A stretch of DNA of 64,000 bases from a virus. Taxonomy: Duplodnaviria; Caudoviricetes. A model generated the notes under the pieces. That model saw only the letters and a program-made list of their open reading frames with translations, was not told the DNA's origin and did no database searches. Position 1 is the stretch's first letter. Each line of letters starts with the position of its first letter. The stretch covers positions 59,840 to 123,839 of IMG/VR virus record IMGVR_UViG_3300037067_004608. One strand, given 5' to 3'. Shown here piece by piece: positions 55,127 through 64,000 of this stretch. Made by a program: the position numbers and the translations under genes.

Positions 55127-58100
55127 TTACCTAGAGCTTGGAGAAGCACTTATCTGACTTGCCAATACCTTTGCCGGCCCTTCAGATACTCCAGCTACAA
55201 AATCTGCACCAGCAGATCTTGGATCAGCAGAAACAATTTCTATTCTAGCAAAGTGTACATTAACATTAGAGTTAATATTAGCATTATTTGCTCTTGTCCC
55301 AAGGCTAAGTGGAAGTCCTTCTCTGCCACCTTCTGCTGCTCTACGAATATATTTCTTAGTTGACCACTGTATATCTTCAGGTCCTTGCATTTGCTGCAAT
55401 TCAACTGGCTGAGGAGCGGCAGCTTTCTTTCTTTTGCCTTTACCAAGAAATCCACCGAGAATAGTAGAACCAACACCAATAAGTCCACCAATTGGACCAC
55501 CAGTAGCAAAACCTGTTATTGCATTCATCGCAATATTGCCACCAGTTGCACCCTGAGAGTAGCCAGACATAAACCCGCCAGCGCCAGTCATTATATTACC
55601 AAGACCACTTGCCTTGGCTCCCATTGCACCTTTTAGACCACCTGGACGAGATACAAGCTGTGATAGAGCACCCATCCAAGGGTCTCCAGTTACAACAGAA
55701 CCTGCTGCTCCTAGACCATATAGAATAGACTCTGTTCCTGTCATTTTATATGGTGCAAGTGCTCCACCAACACCAGTCCCAATTCCCGCTCCACCTGTAG
55801 AAACTGCTCCTAGTGGAACTGCAGCATTACCAACACCAGCTGTGGTCCCTGGCATTCTATCTTTGTGTATAGCAGCGCCAACACCTATTGCAACTCCAGC
55901 TGCAATAACAGCAGTAGATGCAGACTTACTAGCTGTATCTGGCATTGTAAGACCAGAAGCTAGAGTTGGTATTTGTCCTTCTACACCAGGAAGAGTTGAA
56001 AAGCCAGACACTACCTGCCCTAGATTATTAACAGCATTATTGAATACATCGACACCAGATCTAAATGTATCCATTGCTATCTGTTCTAGGTTCTGTATAT
56101 CTTTCCTATAATTTATCATTGAAAGATCATGGTTCATCTGATCTTGCAATGCTTTCTGTTGAGGTGTCTGGAAAGCAGGTCCGAGAGCTGGCATTATGAC
56201 TTCATCTGTAAGCCAATTTGCCATAGCATCTTTATAAGCATCTGCTATCTTTATACCAAAGTTCTCAAGAGCATTTCCTTCTCCAAGATCACCAGATATA
56301 GCACTCTTAAAGGCATCTGACCACCCAGACTTAACAGTTTCCTGGAAAGTTATCATAGGCTCCATTATGTCTTTAAGGTTCTGCTGTGCCGCTTCTACAA
56401 CCTCATCACCAAGGAATAGTCCTTTTTCAATAAACTCATTCCTTATCTCTGTGACCTTTTTTCTAGGAAGATCAAGAAGATCCATGTAGAAGTTTATCTT
56501 CTGCTTATCTTTCTCTATAGCAGTAGATATATAACCAAGAAGAATTGAAGCCCTTTCTTCAGGACTTTTTCCAGCTTTTGCAAGAAGATCGTCATAAATC
56601 TTAGCAAAAGTCATAAGACTCTGTGTTGCCCTTGGAGTTATATCTGTAACACCAGGAAGTGTATCACTTGGCTTCTGTAAGAATGCAGCTCTATTAGAAG
56701 CTCCATATAGCTTTTCAGCTAGATTCATTCCAGCTTCTACTTGCTGTAAAGCAGCATCTCTTTGTTCTTGAAGAGATTTTTCAACTATAGACTTTTCTTG
56801 AGCAGCAAAGAGTTTTCGCTTATTTATTCTCTGAGTCTCTGTCTGCATCTCGTCGTCTGCAGTTCTCTCATAAGCCTCTCTTTGCGCTTTAAGTTCAGCA
56901 AGCTGTATATCTGTTTCTTGCTGTATAAGTGAAATCCTATGACTAAAAGACGCATCAGTTATAGATGACAAGTCTCTATATAACTCAAAGTTTGCAACTC
57001 TAAGCTCATTATATCCTGCCATCTCTGCATCGAACGTCTTGTTAGCACTGGCTCTGATTTTCTTATTCTTCTCATCTTCAGCATTGACAAGTTCTTGATT
57101 TCTAGTCTTGCTGATTGCATCAAGAGACTTCTGTACATCATCTCCTACAATCTCTTTTTTTGTCATCTTCTGCTGACGATCAAGAAGAGCCTGCTGATAC
57201 TTCTCTTCTATTGAATCTCTCTTATCAAGATATTCACTCTTGATAATATCAAGTTCTGTTGCAGCAGATGTAGCTGTTATAGTCAGATGCTCTCTCTGAG
57301 CTTGCCTATAACTCTGATTTAGAGAGTTGTTATACTTAATTGTATCAAGAGCATCTTGTGCTTTCTGTAAGCTAACCTTCCTCTCTTCTTCACGAGTTAT
57401 TCTAGCCTTTTCAGCAACTGCTCTAGCATCAATCTCTTTCTCTTGCTGAGCCTCAAGAACCTTTGCTCGTTTTCTTTGTGCAGCAGTATCACCAGTTTGC
57501 TTAAGCTCAAGAGCTAACTTCTCTCTAGCATCTGCCTTCTGATTTGCTGCTCTCTCATCTGCTTCTCTTCGATCAGCTTCAGCTGCTTTCCTTATAGACT
57601 CAACAGCTGTCGCCTGCTCTGGATTTCTAAGTCCGGCAACTTCAGCAGCAGATCTTTCCTGTCTTATCTGTTTCCTAAGAGTATTGATATAACTATCAAG
57701 AGTTCTCTTATTCTTGCTTCCTGCTTCTAAGTCCTCACCAGGAAGAATATCTGCTCCGGGTGCAGCAAATGCTCCTTGCATAATCTTCTGATACGCAGCT
57801 TCTGTCTTAACTACATAATATGGTTGCTTGAAACCGCCTGTAAATTGAGTAAGATTTCTACCTGCTCCTCTATATCCAACGGTTCCTTTTTTGCCAGGAG
57901 CAGGAGTCTCTATTATCTTTCCAGATGCTCCTACAGTTCCTATATGCCCAGGAGTTATAACCCTACTTCCAGGTGTAGCTTCACCACCTAGAGTTATATC
58001 ACCAACTGAAGCGGCTAGTGCAGCAGCTGCTCTCTTGAATAGAACTCCACCAGCAGCATCAACACCAGGTAGAGCTGTGCCAGAAACAGCTTGGTCAAGA

Positions 58101-61100
58101 AGTCTTGTAGCTTTTGAACATTCTCCTGCTACAGTATTAAATACAGCAGGAGTAACTTTTGACTTGAATAATTGCCTAAACTTTCCAGGGTCTGTAGCTG
58201 CTATATCAGCTGCAACAGCAAGTTTAGCAGTCGCTCTATCTAATCCTGAACTTACAATATTCTCAACATCTCTTTGATATTGTTCTTGTATCCTTCTTTG
58301 CTTTCCAGCAGAGAGCTGTCTAGTATATTCAGCACCCATAGCTTCTCTGCCAAGAGTAACACTAGCTGTGTTACCATAGAATAATACTGCTTGCCTTCTT
58401 GTTGCTCTAATCTGTTTATTCAGTTGTTCTACAGTTAGGGTGCTTTCAAGCCCTTTTGCACCTAGAGCTTTCTGTAAATCATTTATTGCAGAAGGACCAG
58501 TTCCCATGAACCCAGTCCCTCTCTCCATAGGACTTCCAGCAGGAATAGCCAGAATAAGGTCTCTCCAGACTTTTTTCTGCCCACCTTGTATTTGATTACG
58601 AACTTTTACAAGAGCATTAAGCTGATCTTGTAATATCTTTCCTTGCCCTGTTGTATCTTGAAGCTCTGGTGTTGCAGCTCTACTTCCTTTACCGCCAAAG
58701 AACAAATAATCTGCCCAAGTCTCAAGTGTTCCTCTTGTCTGTGCCATCTTAGAACTAGCATTGGCAACAGCATCAGAGAACTGGTCAACTGAAATCTTTC
58801 CTGCTCTGAATGCCTTTATTGCAGCATCCATGGACATAGGAACACCATTGATCTCCAGTTTCAGACCGGCATATTTACTTCTAAGTGCATCAATAACTTT
58901 CTCTTTCTTCTTAAATTCATCAGAGGTAGTTAATGAAGCAGAACCAACTATCCTAAGACTGGATGCTAGGTTTAGACCTTCTTGTCCAAATTTCTGTGCA
59001 GCAACAGCATCTTTATTAAGCCAATCATTTATAGCAGAACCTATCCACCACCCAGCTGCAGCAGCGGCTAAAATTAGACCACCTCTAAGCATAAGAGCTG
59101 ATCCTGTTGCAGTTTCCATTCCCCTAGAAACAGCTAGTGCAGAACCTTCGACTTTACGAAGATCATTTGCCATCCTAAATAGCTCAAGTGATACTAATGC
59201 TCCTCTTAAAGAATAAGCAACACCAACAGCACGAGCTAATACAGATGCAAACTTCATTCCTCCAAAGGCTAAGCCACCAAAACCTGCAACACCTATTGCT
59301 GTGTAGGTTATGAATGATTCCATGCCATAAGCGTTCTTATCAATTGCCTTGGCTAATTTCTCTAAATCCTTAACAGCTACTGATATGGCACCTTTTACTA
59401 CAGGAGTATCACCAATAGAGATAAGCAGCTTAACAAAGTTATTCTTGAGAAGAGTTAGCTTATCCTCTATATTATCAGTAGCAGTGTCAAATGCAGCTTG
59501 CATAGCCCCTGTACTATTGCTAACACCATCAACTAGAGTCTTAAACTGACTATAGCTCATTATAAGAGAAGCTATGCCTCTAAGACCAGTAGCATCTGAA
59601 AATGCTTTATTGAGTTTAGAAGTAGAAAGAGATCCATCATCAACTTTCTTCCTTAACTCTCCAATTATAGTAACAAGGTCTTTGTATCTCCCTGTCGCTT
59701 TATCAACTACTTCAACACCAGTAAACTCTTTGATCTTTGATCGCTTACTGGTTATATCAGACATTACTCTTGCAAGAGACATACCTGCTAAACGAGGAGT
59801 ATACCCCATTCTTGTTAATTGAGCAAGTGCACCATATGCTGTAGGTATGCTCTGACCTGCAAGTCTAGCTGATGTTTCTACTCTTGAAAGAATAGGCTGG
59901 AAGTCTTTATATCTACCAATACCATAATCAACAAGTTTGAATTGATAATCAAGAACCTTGTTGAAATCACTCATAGGCATCTGGAACGAATTAAGAGTTC
60001 CTATTCCAGCCTTAGTCGCAGTTTCAAGATCTGTTTGACCTGCTGCTGCAGCCTTCGCTGAAAGACTAAGAACTTGCATTGAGTGTGCTACAGGAACACC
60101 TGATGATACAACATTGTATAGACCATTTGTAAGATCATCAAGTTGTTTTACAGGTAAATCACCAAATAGTCCGAGAACTTGTTTCTTTGCCGATGCAAAC
60201 TGCACATCAGAATATTTGGCAATAGAATTGACTTCTGCCATCTTTTTGCCAAAGTGAGAAGCCTGATAACTAGCAACACCCAAGAAAGCTACTGAAGCAC
60301 CAGCTGCAACACCAAATTGATTTGCAACAGAACCAATATCAGATGATATACGTCTAGCTTGCATACCAAGAGTAGTATAGTGGCTTTCAGCAGTCTTCAA
60401 TACCTTATTAAGATATTCATACCTCTTGATTGCTTCTACAGGAAGAAGAGTTGTTCCACCTTGGAATGCCTTACTCTGAAGAGCTGGCATATTCTTTAGT
60501 GCATATTGAGTCTGTTTCAGTTCATCAGCTGCTGCCTTGATGGAAGCTATTCTAGCAGTTGAAAGAGTGTCTGGCTTACTAAGAAGAGTCTCTCTCTTCC
60601 TCATATCAGCTATTTGCTGATTAACACTAGTAAGCTGTGCTTTCTTACTTTCTACTGTTCTTGTATATCTTGGACCAACATTTGCTGCGCCTTGCTTATT
60701 AAGGGATAAAAGTTCTGCTTCAAGAACCTTAGCCTTTTCAGCAGCTTTAACCAAATCTTTTTGTAGATTTGTAAGGTCTTTCTGCTGTGCAGAACTTATA
60801 AGATCTGGTTTTCCAAGACCTCGTAGTTCTGCTTTTAGCGTAGCAACTCTTGATGTTAGATAATCAAAGTGTTTTGTATACGCATCAATATTTACAGTAG
60901 GTATCTTGAGTTGTGCAGAATTGAATTGCTTCTCAGTTGCATCAAGCTCCTTGCGTATTCGAGCCAACTGAGCAGCATATCCAGCCTTTGATCTTCCAGT
61001 GGCAGATGCAACTTTTGCTTCATACGAAGCATATTGAGATTGGAGAGCCTTCAGTCTAGTAGATAATGTATTTACATCTGCTATCTCACTCTTTATACCA

Positions 61101-61261
61101 AGAGAGAGATTTTTACTATTTAGCTTGTCAACGAGTTTTTGTGTATGTACTAACTTTCCATCAAGTGTGGTGACATCACCAGAGGCTTTTACTACATCTT
61201 TCCTCCAGTTTTCCCATCCTCTAAATGATACACGCCATACAAGATCGTCAACTATAGGCAT
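55127..61261 (-). CDS. Tail tape measure protein (TP901-type core)
   Basis: 2044 aa, Ala/Gly-rich helical; MAEVNSIA..GLYNVVSSG..AKAAAAG segment; follows chaperone pair. Confidence 0.92.
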   Translation of the reverse strand: MPIVDDLVWRVSFRGWENWRKDVVKASGDVTTLDGKLVHTQKLVDKLNSKNLSLGIKSEIADVNTLSTRLKALQSQYASYEAKVASATGRSKAGYAAQLARIRKELDATEKQFNSAQLKIPTVNIDAYTKHFDYLTSRVATLKAELRGLGKPDLISSAQQKDLTNLQKDLVKAAEKAKVLEAELLSLNKQGAANVGPRYTRTVESKKAQLTSVNQQIADMRKRETLLSKPDTLSTARIASIKAAADELKQTQYALKNMPALQSKAFQGGTTLLPVEAIKRYEYLNKVLKTAESHYTTLGMQARRISSDIGSVANQFGVAAGASVAFLGVASYQASHFGKKMAEVNSIAKYSDVQFASAKKQVLGLFGDLPVKQLDDLTNGLYNVVSSGVPVAHSMQVLSLSAKAAAAGQTDLETATKAGIGTLNSFQMPMSDFNKVLDYQFKLVDYGIGRYKDFQPILSRVETSARLAGQSIPTAYGALAQLTRMGYTPRLAGMSLARVMSDITSKRSKIKEFTGVEVVDKATGRYKDLVTIIGELRKKVDDGSLSTSKLNKAFSDATGLRGIASLIMSYSQFKTLVDGVSNSTGAMQAAFDTATDNIEDKLTLLKNNFVKLLISIGDTPVVKGAISVAVKDLEKLAKAIDKNAYGMESFITYTAIGVAGFGGLAFGGMKFASVLARAVGVAYSLRGALVSLELFRMANDLRKVEGSALAVSRGMETATGSALMLRGGLILAAAAAGWWIGSAINDWLNKDAVAAQKFGQEGLNLASSLRIVGSASLTTSDEFKKKEKVIDALRSKYAGLKLEINGVPMSMDAAIKAFRAGKISVDQFSDAVANASSKMAQTRGTLETWADYLFFGGKGSRAATPELQDTTGQGKILQDQLNALVKVRNQIQGGQKKVWRDLILAIPAGSPMERGTGFMGTGPSAINDLQKALGAKGLESTLTVEQLNKQIRATRRQAVLFYGNTASVTLGREAMGAEYTRQLSAGKQRRIQEQYQRDVENIVSSGLDRATAKLAVAADIAATDPGKFRQLFKSKVTPAVFNTVAGECSKATRLLDQAVSGTALPGVDAAGGVLFKRAAAALAASVGDITLGGEATPGSRVITPGHIGTVGASGKIIETPAPGKKGTVGYRGAGRNLTQFTGGFKQPYYVVKTEAAYQKIMQGAFAAPGADILPGEDLEAGSKNKRTLDSYINTLRKQIRQERSAAEVAGLRNPEQATAVESIRKAAEADRREADERAANQKADAREKLALELKQTGDTAAQRKRAKVLEAQQEKEIDARAVAEKARITREEERKVSLQKAQDALDTIKYNNSLNQSYRQAQREHLTITATSAATELDIIKSEYLDKRDSIEEKYQQALLDRQQKMTKKEIVGDDVQKSLDAISKTRNQELVNAEDEKNKKIRASANKTFDAEMAGYNELRVANFELYRDLSSITDASFSHRISLIQQETDIQLAELKAQREAYERTADDEMQTETQRINKRKLFAAQEKSIVEKSLQEQRDAALQQVEAGMNLAEKLYGASNRAAFLQKPSDTLPGVTDITPRATQSLMTFAKIYDDLLAKAGKSPEERASILLGYISTAIEKDKQKINFYMDLLDLPRKKVTEIRNEFIEKGLFLGDEVVEAAQQNLKDIMEPMITFQETVKSGWSDAFKSAISGDLGEGNALENFGIKIADAYKDAMANWLTDEVIMPALGPAFQTPQQKALQDQMNHDLSMINYRKDIQNLEQIAMDTFRSGVDVFNNAVNNLGQVVSGFSTLPGVEGQIPTLASGLTMPDTASKSASTAVIAAGVAIGVGAAIHKDRMPGTTAGVGNAAVPLGAVSTGGAGIGTGVGGALAPYKMTGTESILYGLGAAGSVVTGDPWMGALSQLVSRPGGLKGAMGAKASGLGNIMTGAGGFMSGYSQGATGGNIAMNAITGFATGGPIGGLIGVGSTILGGFLGKGKRKKAAAPQPVELQQMQGPEDIQWSTKKYIRRAAEGGREGLPLSLGTRANNANINSNVNVHFARIEIVSADPRSAGADFVAGVSEGPAKVLASQISASPSSR

Positions 61262-61264
61262 TTG

Positions 61265-61594
61265 CTATTCCTCGTCTGCAAGGACAGGCTCAGTTTCCAG
61301 ATCATACATATCTCTGCTGTCACCAAATAGCTCAAAGAGGTCCATATCATCTTCATTTATAGAGAAATGAGAAATAACTCTTTTGCCATCTCCTGACTCA
61401 AGCTGTCTTCTCATTTCTCTTTTCTTTTCAAGATAGACTTCATATAGAGTATCTGTAACAACCAAATTCCTTACAGGGAGATTGTGGTATATTTCTATGA
61501 CTCTAGGATGAAGCGCATCTAGTTTGAGCCATCCTCCGATGAGCTTTTGGAGTCCCCAGCGCCCAGAGCGGACAATAACCTTAGCAAAAAATCC
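61265..61594 (-). CDS. Tail assembly chaperone, -1 frameshift extension (GT-like)
   Basis: -1 frame open from the slippery site at 61586-61594 into ORF 61265..61465. Confidence 0.75.
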   Translation of the reverse strand, partial: GFFAKVIVRSGRWGLQKLIGGWLKLDALHPRVIEIYHNLPVRNLVVTDTLYEVYLEKKREMRRQLESGDGKRVISHFSINEDDMDLFELFGDSRDMYDLETEPVLADEE

Positions 61595-62373
61595 TGACTG
61601 TTCACCTCATTCTGGTAGCTAGAATATGCCATTTCGACATAACCAACTATTGCAGGATCAGCTGCAGCAAACTCCTCTGGAGTTTTCCAGTATCTTGTGA
61701 ACTTCATTTCTCTATCATTTATCTTTTCGCCAAGTTCAGTGACGCTCTGTATGATCCTCCGATTCCGAGTTTTACCTGCTCTATATTCAGCAGTATGGAT
61801 TACAAGATTCGCAAACTCAGTTCTCTGAAGACAATCCATCAAAGCTGCTGTTTTCTCAAATGGACCAATCTCTGTGTCAGAGAGTATATCTTTGAGGCTA
61901 GAGCACCCCTCATCAGGGATTGGCTCTGGAGCCTCTATTACTTCTGGCTTCTTTGCCTTAGGACTTGTTTTCTTTTCCTCTTCCCAAGCAAGAAGCATTG
62001 TCTTGTTAGCTTCGATTGTGTCCTCAATATCTTTCTGATTGATTATTGTCCTTTCTCGTTTTCCAAACGTATCAGGATTATCAACCATAGTTAGGACTTC
62101 ACGAGCAACTTGAGCAATATAAGGCAGACCATCTGTCTTGTGACACTTGAACAGAGTCATAGAATAAACCTGTTCAGACATTTCAGACTCGCCCTGGGTA
62201 GGAGGTCTTATAAATATAACACTACCATCAGGCATCTCGACAGCTCGACGACCTTGTAAGTCAACTATTTCTTCAACAACCTTGTCAGCTTCATGCTCAG
62301 TGAGTTTTTCTGGATCTCTTTCCTCAACCTGCTTATCAATATCAGCTTGAGTCATTTCTTTCTTTTCCACCAT
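61519..62373 (-). CDS. Tail assembly chaperone (G-like)
   Basis: Upstream of tape measure; GGAGG RBS; G GAT TTT TTG near the 3' end. Confidence 0.78.
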   Translation of the reverse strand: MVEKKEMTQADIDKQVEERDPEKLTEHEADKVVEEIVDLQGRRAVEMPDGSVIFIRPPTQGESEMSEQVYSMTLFKCHKTDGLPYIAQVAREVLTMVDNPDTFGKRERTIINQKDIEDTIEANKTMLLAWEEEKKTSPKAKKPEVIEAPEPIPDEGCSSLKDILSDTEIGPFEKTAALMDCLQRTEFANLVIHTAEYRAGKTRNRRIIQSVTELGEKINDREMKFTRYWKTPEEFAAADPAIVGYVEMAYSSYQNEVNSQDFLLRLLSALGAGDSKSSSEDGSN

Positions 62374-62389
62374 GGGAATCTAGTTCCTC

Positions 62390-63325
62390 CTATGTTATTC
62401 TATCCGATGCTATTCCTGCTCCAATAGCTGAACTATCTAAATCTCTTGGTTTCCAAAATGGATCAACATACATCTCATCACCACAATTAGGGCATTTAAC
62501 AGTTATGTCTTTCCACCTTTTACCAAGTTTAGTAGACCAGCCACAAGAACAAGTCACAGTTAGACCAATTGAAGGGACAGGATTGGTAGATACAGCACTA
62601 CCATCTTCCTGTATATGCAGAGGTGCAACACGAGGGTTTATCCACAATTGATAGCCATTCTTCTTTGCTTCCAAATAGAAATAGCCATCTTCTCCAATAC
62701 CATACTTATCCACATAAAAATCATCCCAATTTATCTTCTCAAAAACTTTTCTGTGGATAAGAGTACAATCAAGCCCTGACCAGTCTGCCTTGAATGGTTC
62801 ACAAGATTCAAGATTGACATCATCATATGACCACGAACCATCGTTGAAGCTCAAAGCCAGAGGCTTCATTTGGATTCTACTTATATATAATCCAGAAACT
62901 ATTTCATTATCAACTTGCAAAAGTTGATTAAGAGAGTTTGGTTCAAGAACTATGTCACTTCCAACAGAAAATATATATTCTACATCATCAAGAAGATCAA
63001 CCACAAAATGACTATATAAGTTCCTTAGTTTAGCAGCAAATCTAGCTCTTGTCTGCCAAGGTATTATATCAGTACATTTTGGATCATTACCAAGTAAAGT
63101 TGTTGTAATAACATGGCAATTATCCTGATATGGCCAAAGTTCTATGAACTTTCCTATCTTCTTCTCAACTTCACTTGCACCAAAATCATCCAAAGCAAAG
63201 ACTATGATGAGTCTCTCCTTTGGATAATCAAGTTCATACACTCCTCTAGCAAAATCCATAAAGCAATAACTTTTAGATTCTGAAATAGGAATGCATAGAG
63301 CAATCATAGGATATTGGGACTCCAT
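62390..63325 (-). CDS. GT-A (GT2-like) glycosyltransferase in tail module
   Basis: Start MESQYP after AGGAG; CIPI..LDYP, RN, IFSVGSDIVL, SGLDCTLIHRKVF, GEDGYF, H; C-term Zn ribbon. Confidence 0.8.
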   Translation of the reverse strand: MESQYPMIALCIPISESKSYCFMDFARGVYELDYPKERLIIVFALDDFGASEVEKKIGKFIELWPYQDNCHVITTTLLGNDPKCTDIIPWQTRARFAAKLRNLYSHFVVDLLDDVEYIFSVGSDIVLEPNSLNQLLQVDNEIVSGLYISRIQMKPLALSFNDGSWSYDDVNLESCEPFKADWSGLDCTLIHRKVFEKINWDDFYVDKYGIGEDGYFYLEAKKNGYQLWINPRVAPLHIQEDGSAVSTNPVPSIGLTVTCSCGWSTKLGKRWKDITVKCPNCGDEMYVDPFWKPRDLDSSAIGAGIASDRIT

Positions 63326-63350
63326 GGCCCTCATACTCCTTGCACCTCTA

Positions 63351-64000
63351 CTACGTAGTAGCGCCAGGCCACGTTGTGGTTTCAAGAACAGAAGTATACG
63401 GGTAGTAAACCAGTATCTTGTTGCTCTCAACAAACACAGTTCCGTCTGCCCTAGCCACGACAACACTAGCAGAAGTCGAAGAAACGACCGTCAGCTCTGT
63501 CCAGTCATATTCCACTGGAGTTCCGCCAAGGGACACTTTCTCAACACATCCGAGGACATAGTTGTTCGAGAAAACTCTGGACAACTGCAAAGCTGTCTTT
63601 GACAGAGTAAGGGTAAGCTGAGTTTCCCCAGCTTGAACGCCAGATACTGTAAAGACATCAATTGCTACTGCCTTGTTCGGAAGTCTCGTTGCCCTTGCCG
63701 CACCAAATTCAAGACGCATCATCATAACGTCGTTGACTGCAGTGGTGAAAGGCTGGTTAGAGAATGTCGGTCTTTTCACGAACTCAGAACTAATGTACTT
63801 CGTTCGCTTTTTGTTCCATACGTTCACTGCGATCCACGGAGAACCGAAGTTCGCAATGTCGCTGTCTACGAGTTCAGCATCGGTTGCACGACCTTGAAGA
63901 GCACGGAAGAGTTCCATTTTCTCAGAGTCAATAACTTCTATGAAGCCATTATTCTCTGGAACCTGTGTATCAACAACCTGCTCATCAGAGTCATACTCGC
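63351..64000 (-). CDS. Probable major tail (tube) protein, 5'-truncated by window edge
   Basis: Frame open to the window end; position upstream of chaperones and tape measure. Confidence 0.55.
   Translation of the reverse strand, partial: EYDSDEQVVDTQVPENNGFIEVIDSEKMELFRALQGRATDAELVDSDIANFGSPWIAVNVWNKKRTKYISSEFVKRPTFSNQPFTTAVNDVMMMRLEFGAARATRLPNKAVAIDVFTVSGVQAGETQLTLTLSKTALQLSRVFSNNYVLGCVEKVSLGGTPVEYDWTELTVVSSTSASVVVARADGTVFVESNKILVYYPYTSVLETTTWPGATT

Noticed and set aside
1-64000. Stop-codon reassignment
   Set aside because: TAA, TAG and TGA all end conserved genes at expected lengths and coding density is high under the standard code.

Overview
This is a 64-kb segment of a large tailed dsDNA phage genome (long tape measure, no sheath gene seen, so probably siphovirus-like) that uses the standard genetic code. 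Positions 1-43.0 kb are almost all + strand and hold replication, recombination and nucleotide-metabolism genes: SNF2 helicase, DnaC-like loader, DnaB, primase, sigma factor, UDG, gp32-like SSB, a DnaE polymerase split into two genes, RecA, SbcCD, RuvC, RNase H, dUTPase and two ThyX paralogs. The same arm carries a tmRNA inside a cluster of other structured RNAs, heptose-pathway genes (hddA, gmhA) and a set of genes typical of phage base-modification loci. Positions 43.2-64 kb are a - strand tail and lysis module: holin-like genes, three tandem paralogs, fibre and baseplate proteins, a 2044-aa tape measure, a frameshifting tail chaperone, an embedded glycosyltransferase and the tail tube protein. 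The most striking unexplained signal is an invariant 19-bp element, GTGAATTCACGCGAWTGCA, usually followed by TAGACGGG, repeated six times at gene boundaries. Each copy sits in a ~120-150-bp island that avoids CA/TG dinucleotides and is usually CpG-rich, in an otherwise CpG-poor genome. Other candidates for new biology are the intein-less split DnaE, the ncRNA cluster around the tmRNA, and a possible DNA-modification and virion heptosylation system. One secreted protein hints at an Armatimonadota host. All calls come from reading motifs by eye; no database searches were run.
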